From an uncultured archaeon (GTDB taxonomy: Archaea > Asgardarchaeota > Thorarchaeia > Thorarchaeales > CAZPUN01): DNA of 32,000 bases. Position 1 is the first letter of the stretch; each line of letters begins with the position of its first letter. A model generated the notes under the pieces. The model searched no databases and was not told the DNA's origin. It saw only the letters and a program-made list of their open reading frames with translations. Shown one piece after another: positions 20,168 through 27,651 of the stretch. The stretch covers positions 30,001 through 62,000 of the forward strand of contig CAZPUN010000039.1 in assembly GCA_964589775.1 (NCBI GenBank), read 5' to 3'. A program made the translations under genes and the position numbers.

Positions 20168-20989
20168 TTATAGCAACTCTTCCTTCTTTTTCTCTTCCGC
20201 TTTGATTTCTTCTAATTCTTCTTGCGATAACTTGTAACCCTCTGGTAAAATTCTCTTACCGATCATTTTTGCACCGGGTAGGAACCCACGATCAATAAGA
20301 TTTCTCAGAGTTGCAAGATCATTAACTGACATGCCTTCAATTACAACAGGCTCACCAGATTTGAATTCTTCCATAATTGCATCTAGCAACATTCGTTTAG
20401 CAGACATGACGGCAATACGGCGGTCTATGGCTCCAATTAAAATTCCAAGAATACCACCATAGAAGAATCCATAAAATCCGCCGGAAGCCCCGCCTGCATA
20501 ACCACCTACAAATCCGCCTGCAAAACCTCCGATAATACCACCTAATACAGCATCTTTGCTAAGGTTGCTAAGTACTGATGAAAGACCACTCAAGAAAATT
20601 CCGAACATAGCACCAACCATTGAACCCATTAATGCTCGAGAATATGGGTCTTGGCCTAGACCTGCAAAACCGCCAAAAACACCACCAATTAAACCACCAA
20701 CAAGAAAGCCAGTAGTATAATCGAGCATTTTCTCGATTTGCTGGAATAAGTTATATGTATAAATCTCCTCTTTCATTTCAACTTTATAATAGATCACACC
20801 AAATATGATACCAAAAATTGTCATTATTGGAAATGAAGGATAAGGATTGCCGATATTATCAACAGGAGGATTAATAGTCATAAGAACATCAGCAATAAAG
20901 AAGGAGATAATAGAAACAATCAGAGCGGTTTTTGCCGCTTTGTGTCTGACGTTCTCAGAAATATCTCTAATAATCGTATGAGCGTCCAT
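20168..20989 (-). CDS. Glycine-zipper membrane protein with C-terminal PCI/winged-helix-like domain
   Basis: Multiple GxxxG repeats (GGIIGGFAGGFVGG, GILGILIG) and the cytoplasmic tail LRNLIDRGFLPGAKMIGKRI. RBS GAGGT. Confidence 0.75.
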   Translation of the reverse strand: MDAHTIIRDISENVRHKAAKTALIVSIISFFIADVLMTINPPVDNIGNPYPSFPIMTIFGIIFGVIYYKVEMKEEIYTYNLFQQIEKMLDYTTGFLVGGLIGGVFGGFAGLGQDPYSRALMGSMVGAMFGIFLSGLSSVLSNLSKDAVLGGIIGGFAGGFVGGYAGGASGGFYGFFYGGILGILIGAIDRRIAVMSAKRMLLDAIMEEFKSGEPVVIEGMSVNDLATLRNLIDRGFLPGAKMIGKRILPEGYKLSQEELEEIKAEEKKKEELL

Positions 20990-21172
20990 TTTATTGTACC
21001 TCTTCTCGTTATTTATTTTCTTTTTGAAGAAAGAGTAAACTCACAAAAAAGTGTTTTGGTTCTAGATTTCAAACATATTATTCAAACATATATAAGTTTA
21101 GAAATATTTTTAGGTAGGTTACATTGATTAATATGTAAGTTATTCGTTGAAAAAGGGAGTAGAGGTCTTCAA

Positions 21173-21991
21173 TTGGAACAATTATCTATTGACTTATTAA
21201 ATACATCTGCGAAATCGGGCGAAAGTATAGAGGGTAAAATAATATTATCCAAACTTCCAACAAAAGTAGATGTGATCTCCATAGAATTAAGAAGAAAAAT
21301 CTTGGGAACTATCAAAATCCCAAGAAAGCTCATGCCCGATATTCGAAAAGATTTTGAATTATATAGCACATCAAGTGGAACATACATTTTAACCAATAAT
21401 TCGAAAGATGGCGAATTCAACTTTTCAATTAAAGTTCCAGAAAGCGCAATATCATCTTTTAATTCTCGATATTTATCTATATCCTATGATATCTTTGCAA
21501 AATTAACTTCTGAAGAGAGTTTAGACACATACTATGTCTCGATTCCAATAGCAATTATAGGAAAAAATAAACAACCAAAGATCAATACTGAAAAATCAAT
21601 TTATACAATGTCCGGTAAAGATGAACTATTAGACATAAATTTAAGAAACATTTCCATAAAGAGAGGAAAACCAATACATATCGAATATCGCATAATTGAT
21701 AATTCGGACTTATTTTCCATAGTTGTTCGCCTTAATAATAGAATACGAATAAAGATCGATCCAGATATAGAAGAACCAATGTGGTATGAATCAACAATAT
21801 TAGAGGAATCAAAATATTATAAGGGAAACAAAATCCCAGATGTAGATGAATTATCGATAATAATACCGCAACTATCACCCCCAACAATTTCAAATCCAAT
21901 GTTCGATATAGAGTGGGAACTACAAATCGAATATGTAATGGATTGGGGTAATTCAGTCTCAATGTCTTTACCAATACATATTGAGCCATGA
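21173..21991 (+). CDS. Arrestin-fold protein (tandem arrestin-like lobes)
   Basis: GESIEGKI, FNFSIKVPESAISSFNSRYLSISYDI, IPQLSPPTISNPMFDIEWELQI. TTG start after GAGGT. The TGA stop is supplied by the adjacent mobile element. Confidence 0.75.
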   Translation: MEQLSIDLLNTSAKSGESIEGKIILSKLPTKVDVISIELRRKILGTIKIPRKLMPDIRKDFELYSTSSGTYILTNNSKDGEFNFSIKVPESAISSFNSRYLSISYDIFAKLTSEESLDTYYVSIPIAIIGKNKQPKINTEKSIYTMSGKDELLDINLRNISIKRGKPIHIEYRIIDNSDLFSIVVRLNNRIRIKIDPDIEEPMWYESTILEESKYYKGNKIPDVDELSIIIPQLSPPTISNPMFDIEWELQIEYVMDWGNSVSMSLPIHIEP

Positions 21992-22112
21992 CATACTCGC
22001 CACATTGAATTACAAGAGTTCTACGCATAGGCTATCCAGCGGTAGCCATTTCACGCATATACTCGCCATGTCTCGACAAGGGAGCTTTGATTATCGCTCC
22101 AGCCCCCTCTTA
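21968..22112 (-). ncRNA. Putative omegaRNA/reRNA: scaffold about 22112-21988 plus flank-derived guide (about 21987-21968, GGCUCAAUAUGUAUUGGUAA)
   Basis: 59/120 G+C (49%) over 21991-22110, against AT-rich intergenic DNA elsewhere. Hairpins GGAGC/GCUCC and GGCUA/UAGCC, a G-U-rich stem UAUGCGUG/UAUGCGUA, and UGAA able to pair with the RE-loop UUCA. Confidence 0.6.
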
Positions 22113-22207
22113 GTATGTTTAGTTCCATTAAGATATGGATAATCATTAATGAACTATTCTGCGATTCATCACCGCTTTGAAAAACGATGCTTTCTCGCAG
22201 AGCGTTT
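21988..22207 (-). mobile_element. 220-bp non-autonomous IS200/IS605-family (TnpB-associated) miniature element
   Basis: Minus-strand order: target TTTAC (22212-22208), AAA, LE hairpin (22200-22159), tnpB-tail-like LNILRGG (22122-22102), structured GC-rich segment, RE ending GAGTATGTCAT (21988). No TIRs or TSD. Excision joins GAG CC|G TAA and restores the host gene end. Confidence 0.78.
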
Positions 22208-22328
22208 GTAAATCCAAACCATTTCAAGAATTGAATCGCCTATTAATATAAAAAAAGGGGAAAAGTCTACAAATTTACGTTGCCTTTAGGTTATTCTGCA
22301 TTCTCAAATTGAACAATTTTTCATCAGA

Positions 22329-23903
22329 TTATTCTTCGCTTTCCATCATTTTTTCTGCTTCTTCAACAATTTTTCGTGCTCTCTGAAGACTGATTTTTAG
22401 ATGAAACGCTAATTCTTCAGGATCTGCTAATGATACTGAGCGTATGGTCGAATAGCCTAATCGTTTCATTCGTTCAGCTGTCACTTTGCCAACACCTTTT
22501 ATTTTTGTTACAGATTGTTCGCCGATTGGAATGTCTTTTTTCTTAGTAGTACTTTTTGTTTTTACAGGTCCTGTTTTTGCTGCTTGACGTTTTACTGGCT
22601 TTGAAGACTCTTCAGATAAATACACATCCAGTTCGCGGTCTAGTTCTTCTGAACTACCAATCACAATTTCATCGAGTGATTTATTTTGTATAATATCATC
22701 TACTGCTGCTTGGACAGCTCCTTGATCAATTGAAATTTCCAATTTTTCGATTTCAACTTCATTTTCTAATACTTCAGGAGCTTGGGCAAGAGGATAGAAC
22801 GCAATTAGTGCAAAAGTTATTGCGAGTGATAGACTAAAATTCCCAAGAGTTAATGGAAAGACAAATTCATTCACATGTACAAACATTGCCCCACCAATGA
22901 GTAGGATCATATAAGTCCATGCATAAAATATCCGTCGTGCTTTGTTTTGATACGAGCCGATTTCACCCCAAATAAGAAACATACCTATACCTACAATATA
23001 ACCGAAAACAAAATCTTGGATTATACTGAGTGCAGAGACCAATTCGGGCTGTCCTGAAAAGCTTGGAGTATAAATTGAAAGACCGGCTAAGAGTAATACA
23101 CCAATTGTAGCAGTCTGTCGTCTGCCTAAACGATCTGACAACATTCCGGAGATTAAAGCACTAATTGCAATAACAACTGATCCAATATGAGGCATATCAC
23201 CAAGAGGCACAAAACCATGATTGGATAATGCAACCATTATTTTGAGATTATGAGCATGTATATACCAAGTTATTAATGAGAGCCCGATAAAGAACCAGGA
23301 TATCGCATAACGACGTGGAGTCCCATGTACTGTATAATTATGACGCTCAAAATTCCATGGTTTAATAAGAATTGAAAAACCTAAAACGCCAAGAATTGTG
23401 ATATCCAGAATTGAGATACCATCAACAACAAATGGAACACCATTAACTTTTAGAGCAGAAAGAATTGTAACTCCAATCATAGTAATAAAAATAAACAGTC
23501 CGGATAACTTTCCTCGATCCTCACAAGGGACCAATCGCGCAACATTTTCAACCAAAGCTAATGTCGCTGCAAGTATCAGATAAGCTCCTATAGTATACAA
23601 AATAGTGTACCAAATATTAATGTCAATAAATATGCCGACTTTCGTAATTACAAGATCTAGCAAAATAGGAAAAGATACCCCAATATACATCAAGTATGTT
23701 GCCAATCGGTCGTTTAATTTTACATATGATGTGATAAACATTCCTAGAACTGCTGCTGCGGTTATAATTAGAGGAATTACATTGATAGAGCCCAATGCAT
23801 AAGTTCCAAGATATATATCAAATAATCCATTAATTAGCCAAACTAAAGGTCCTGAAAAAGCTAAAGCAAATATTGTAGTCTCTAATGTAAGTTTGTTATA
23901 CAA
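22329..23903 (-). CDS. MFS-like 12-TM membrane protein fused to a C-terminal helix-hairpin-helix (RadA-N/HHH_5-like) domain
   Basis: About 12 TM segments, MFS motif A-like GMLSDRLGRR, C-terminal KIKGVGKVTAERMKRLGYSTIRSVSLADPEELA. Start is TTG 23903 after GGTGAGG, or GTG 23912. Confidence 0.8.
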   Translation of the reverse strand: MYNKLTLETTIFALAFSGPLVWLINGLFDIYLGTYALGSINVIPLIITAAAVLGMFITSYVKLNDRLATYLMYIGVSFPILLDLVITKVGIFIDINIWYTILYTIGAYLILAATLALVENVARLVPCEDRGKLSGLFIFITMIGVTILSALKVNGVPFVVDGISILDITILGVLGFSILIKPWNFERHNYTVHGTPRRYAISWFFIGLSLITWYIHAHNLKIMVALSNHGFVPLGDMPHIGSVVIAISALISGMLSDRLGRRQTATIGVLLLAGLSIYTPSFSGQPELVSALSIIQDFVFGYIVGIGMFLIWGEIGSYQNKARRIFYAWTYMILLIGGAMFVHVNEFVFPLTLGNFSLSLAITFALIAFYPLAQAPEVLENEVEIEKLEISIDQGAVQAAVDDIIQNKSLDEIVIGSSEELDRELDVYLSEESSKPVKRQAAKTGPVKTKSTTKKKDIPIGEQSVTKIKGVGKVTAERMKRLGYSTIRSVSLADPEELAFHLKISLQRARKIVEEAEKMMESEE

Positions 23904-24052
23904 ATTCCTCACCGAAATATTTGATGCGTGCTCAATAAATGATAGGTGGACCTTTCTTTTAAATTTTTTATAAGATTCTGAAAGGAATAATTAATTGTGC
24001 GCACATTTAAAAATTCGACAAACCTTTAGAGCTATGGTTTATAGAAAAAAAT

Positions 24053-24748
24053 ATGAACGAACTCATACAAATTCAAATCGACACAGAAGGCACATTAATA
24101 TCTAGACCAAATAGATTCCTTGCATATGTGAAACTAAACAACGGATCTGAAGTAGCAGCTCATGTACATGATCCCGGAAGACTTGAAGAAATTCTATATG
24201 CAGGTAATCGTGTATTGTTAAAACGAGTAAATAACAGAAACCGAAAAACACAATGGGACATGATCGCTGGAGATGTTGAAAATAAATGGATTCTAATACA
24301 CTCAGGATACCATAGAGCAATTGCTCAAACGATAATCGAACAATACAAACCATTTGGAAATTTTAGAAGCATACAAGCGGAAGTTACTTTTGGACATAGC
24401 CGAATAGATTTTGTCCTCGAGCAGGAAAGACAGTTGTGGGTCGAAGTTAAAGGTTGTACTCTTGCAAGGAATAAAATCGCACTATTCCCAGATGCACCTA
24501 CAAAACGTGGAACAAAACATCTACAAACATTAATTGATATTAAAAAATCGGGAATGAACGCTGCGATTCTCATACTTATTTTCCGTCCAGATGCCGAATG
24601 CTTTTCACCTAATAAGGAAACAGACCCCAAATTTGCAGAAACTTTTCATGATGCAATTACAGCAGGAGTGAACATAGTTCCAATTGTTTTGTCTTATGAT
24701 GGAAAATTTGTAAGATTCCTAAAATACGTAGCATTGTGTGAGGATTGA
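24053..24748 (+). CDS. sfsA: DNA/RNA nuclease SfsA (sugar fermentation stimulation protein)
   Basis: RPNRF, HVHDPGRLEE, SRIDF, VEVKGCTL, FPDAPTKRGTKHL. Confidence 0.96.
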   Translation: MNELIQIQIDTEGTLISRPNRFLAYVKLNNGSEVAAHVHDPGRLEEILYAGNRVLLKRVNNRNRKTQWDMIAGDVENKWILIHSGYHRAIAQTIIEQYKPFGNFRSIQAEVTFGHSRIDFVLEQERQLWVEVKGCTLARNKIALFPDAPTKRGTKHLQTLIDIKKSGMNAAILILIFRPDAECFSPNKETDPKFAETFHDAITAGVNIVPIVLSYDGKFVRFLKYVALCED

Positions 24749-24819
24749 TGAATATTTAGAAACACTTTTGTAGAATAAACAACCAATAAAAAAGCAGTAA
24801 CACTCGGAGGGATCCCCTT

Positions 24820-26832
24820 CTGATTGAACTCGATGGTGACCTACTGTCTTTCAAACAAGGACTTTCAAAAGAATGGATAATAGCAAATGGAATTGGTGGA
24901 TACGCATCCAGCACTATAATTGGAATTCCAGCAAGGCGATATCATGGGCTCCTTGCTATCGCACTTAATCCGCCATCTGAGAGAAGATTAATAATTAATC
25001 ACATTGAAGAGCGCGTATCTCGCATGAGGGGGAAGCCCATCAGGCTTGATTCAACATACATAGACGGCGAAATAAAAACAACAGGATTTAAACATCTTAA
25101 GAAAGTTAAATTTGACCCATTACCAATTTTTGAATATTCTTTTGAACATTTTAATTTAACAAAGTGTATTGTTCCGATAAAAAATGAGAATGCAACTGTA
25201 ATTCTCTATAGATTTTTGAACAAGTGGGATGAAGCATTAAAAGTGAAATTCACACCGTGGATCGCCTTGCGACGACTTGATGAACTCATCATTGCAAAAG
25301 ACCACAAAATTAAAACAAAAATTGATGAAGATACTATTATTTTTTCATCTGTAAAAGAAAGGGACCTCTATGGAAGCATAACGATTCCAAATGCAAAATA
25401 TATTTCAGAAGAACGATGGGAAAGAGGCATCACGTACGAATACGACAGGGAATTCTTAGTAGATCCACGTGAGCCGCTATGGGTTTCTGGAAGCTTTGAA
25501 ACAATTATGGACTTAGGAGAAACAATCATTCCAATAATAATTACAGGCGGAAATTCAGAAAAAATCGTATTAAAGATTTTAGAACGAGTGAGAAAAATTC
25601 TTAAAGACCCATTTGAAGACTTTTGTAAAAAACAAAATGAAACCTATGTTTCTAATTTTAATAAGTATCTTGAAATGAAACAGAAACCCATAGATCCAGA
25701 AATGAAATTATTAATTGATTCAGCAATGCAATATATCGTAAAACGGCTATCTACTGGAAATCTAAGCATCATGGAAGGCTACCCAATGCTTGAAGATAAT
25801 GGCAGAGCCGCTATGATTTCATTCACAGGACTTACATTGGTAACTAACCGATTCAAGGAAGCAAAAGAGATACTAAGAACATATGCGAAATATCTTAGAT
25901 TTGGACTCATACCAAATCATTTCCGACAAAGAGGAATCAAACCAGTATATGATAGTGCAGACGCGTCTCTATGGTTCATAATAAATATTTGGAAGTACTT
26001 GAAATATACTGGAGATATCGATTTCGTAAAGAATTTTCTCTGGGATAAAATAACAAATATTGTAGAATCATACATGGAAGGAACACGATTCAACATTCAT
26101 TTGGATCATGATGGACTCGTAACTATAGAAAACGACAAAATTCCCCTCACTTGGATGGATGCAACAATTGACGGAAAACCTGCCATACAACGTATTGGAA
26201 AACCGATCGAGATCAATGCATTATGGTATAGTTCCTTAAGATGTGCAAGCGATATAGCAAATATAATTGGAGAAGATCCCCAAACATTCAAAGCAATAGC
26301 AGACTGGACATACGAAGGATTTCACGATATTTATTGGTATGAAGAAGGTGGCTATTTGTATGATTCAGTCTCGGATGATTTTGAAGATAAAACCATAAGA
26401 CCAAACATGATTTTTCCTGCTGCGCTTCCATTTCCAATTCTTGATATGAAATCTGCCCGTAGTATTATTGATGTTGTAAAAGAACATTTGCTAACTTCTA
26501 GAGGAATAAGAACATTATCACCTAAGGACGAACAATATGAAGCAAAATGTTCACGATTAGAAAACGAACTGTTATTTAGAGGAGCAGCATGGCCTTGGCT
26601 AATTGGTCCATTTATCGATGCATTTCTTTACGCATACGGAAGAACAACAAAGAATAAAAAGTTCGCATATACGAAATTCTTTAAGCCACTTCTGGAAACA
26701 GTATATAGGGGCGCATTAGGAACGGTATCTCAGGCATATTGTGGAGAATATCCACACAACCCCTGTGGAACTCCATCATATGCCATGAATGTTGCCGAAC
26801 TGATTCGCGTCTATTTCGAATCATTACAATAA
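24820..26832 (+). CDS. Archaeal-type glycogen debranching enzyme homolog (amylo-alpha-1,6-glucosidase, GDE_N + GDE_C), probable CTG start
   Basis: The conserved EWIIANGIGGYASST...RRYHGLL lies in-frame upstream of the ATG at 25024. Also GLIPN, DASLWF, LTWMDA, GKPIEINALWY, IRPN, GIRTLSP. GGAGGG at 24806-24811. Confidence 0.88.
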   Translation: MIELDGDLLSFKQGLSKEWIIANGIGGYASSTIIGIPARRYHGLLAIALNPPSERRLIINHIEERVSRMRGKPIRLDSTYIDGEIKTTGFKHLKKVKFDPLPIFEYSFEHFNLTKCIVPIKNENATVILYRFLNKWDEALKVKFTPWIALRRLDELIIAKDHKIKTKIDEDTIIFSSVKERDLYGSITIPNAKYISEERWERGITYEYDREFLVDPREPLWVSGSFETIMDLGETIIPIIITGGNSEKIVLKILERVRKILKDPFEDFCKKQNETYVSNFNKYLEMKQKPIDPEMKLLIDSAMQYIVKRLSTGNLSIMEGYPMLEDNGRAAMISFTGLTLVTNRFKEAKEILRTYAKYLRFGLIPNHFRQRGIKPVYDSADASLWFIINIWKYLKYTGDIDFVKNFLWDKITNIVESYMEGTRFNIHLDHDGLVTIENDKIPLTWMDATIDGKPAIQRIGKPIEINALWYSSLRCASDIANIIGEDPQTFKAIADWTYEGFHDIYWYEEGGYLYDSVSDDFEDKTIRPNMIFPAALPFPILDMKSARSIIDVVKEHLLTSRGIRTLSPKDEQYEAKCSRLENELLFRGAAWPWLIGPFIDAFLYAYGRTTKNKKFAYTKFFKPLLETVYRGALGTVSQAYCGEYPHNPCGTPSYAMNVAELIRVYFESLQ

Positions 26833-26918
26833 TTTTTCAATTAATTTACTTAATTTAATATAAGAATTTAGTAAACTTAATAATGGATTTTGAGATATAT
26901 TTAATAATGAGTTTGTTA

Positions 26919-26938
26919 AAATTAGGCTTGCTTAATTT
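26919..26938. promoter_or_regulatory. DtxR/IdeR/MntR-type operator upstream of the DtxR-family gene (autoregulation)
   Basis: Imperfect palindrome AAATTAGGCTTGCTTAATTT. The core TTAGGCTTGCTTAA matches the DtxR consensus TTAGGTTAGCCTAA at 11/14. It lies downstream of the TATA-like ATATATTTAATA. Confidence 0.7.
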
Positions 26939-26959
26939 ATTATGCATAGGTGATATTAT

Positions 26960-27643
26960 TTGACCAATAATGAATATGATGCTACAGAATCTGAAGAAGA
27001 ATATTTGGAATATATATATCGCATCGAAGAGATAGAGAAATCACCAGTCAAGACAACGGTAATTGCAGATGAACTTGGATTTTCAGCTCCAGCTGTTAGT
27101 GAAATGTTCAAGAAGTTGTCTTCAAAAGGCTTAGTTACACTTGTCCCTTTTAAAGGAGTGAAATTAACAGAAAAGGGAAGAAAAATTGCGGAGTGGGTAA
27201 TAAGCCGACATCGACTTGCAGAGCGATTTTTAGTCGATATGTTAGATTTTGATTGGGCTAAGTCTCATGATGAGGCATGCAAGTGGGAGCATATCATTAC
27301 AGAAGAAGTATATGAGAAAATGTTTATAAAATTAGGAAAACCCCGAACTTGCCCACATGGTAATCCGATTCCATATAAGAATACTGAAAAGATTGATACT
27401 GGAAAACCACTGTGCGAATATAAGGAAGGAGATGTTTTGATCATCACAAGGATCAGCAGAGAATCTTATGAATCATTACGGCATTTTAAAGACCTTGGAT
27501 TAGTTCCCGGAGTGAGAATCGAAATTAAATGGATATCGCCCATAGACAATTCTATGGTGATTGATGTTAAGAATAAAACCATATCTTTAAGCAAAAACAA
27601 TACAAAGATTATATGGGGTAAAATAAAAAGAAGAGAAGGATAG
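26960..27643 (+). CDS. DtxR/MntR-family metal-dependent transcriptional regulator with FeoA/SH3 domain
   Basis: EEYLEYIY, IADELGFSAPAVSEM (HTH), RHRLAERFL, EACKWEH, CPHGNPIP, LGLVPG. TTG start after GGTGA. Confidence 0.95.
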   Translation: MTNNEYDATESEEEYLEYIYRIEEIEKSPVKTTVIADELGFSAPAVSEMFKKLSSKGLVTLVPFKGVKLTEKGRKIAEWVISRHRLAERFLVDMLDFDWAKSHDEACKWEHIITEEVYEKMFIKLGKPRTCPHGNPIPYKNTEKIDTGKPLCEYKEGDVLIITRISRESYESLRHFKDLGLVPGVRIEIKWISPIDNSMVIDVKNKTISLSKNNTKIIWGKIKRREG

Positions 27644-27651
27644 CGTATTCA

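Noticed and set aside
21988-22075. SECIS-like appearance (GA...N11...AAA...GA) on the minus strand
   Set aside because: There is no AUGA core, the helix arms are unequal, and the upstream minus-strand gene has no in-frame TGA and ends in TAA. Readthrough of the arrestin TGA adds only 12 codons. The IS-end interpretation explains the region better.
21988-22112. RNase P, 5S rRNA, lysine riboswitch or tRNA (GAGGGGGCUGG start; GGCGAGUA)
   Set aside because: It lacks the RNase P GAGGAA.UCC and ACAGAA motifs and is too short. It has no 5S CCGAAC loop or terminal helix, no cloverleaf, and no riboswitch core.
22051-22128. 25-aa ORF MELNILRGGW...RVYA as a functional peptide
   Set aside because: It is better explained as a remnant of the tnpB 3' end inside the mini-element; no RBS was seen.
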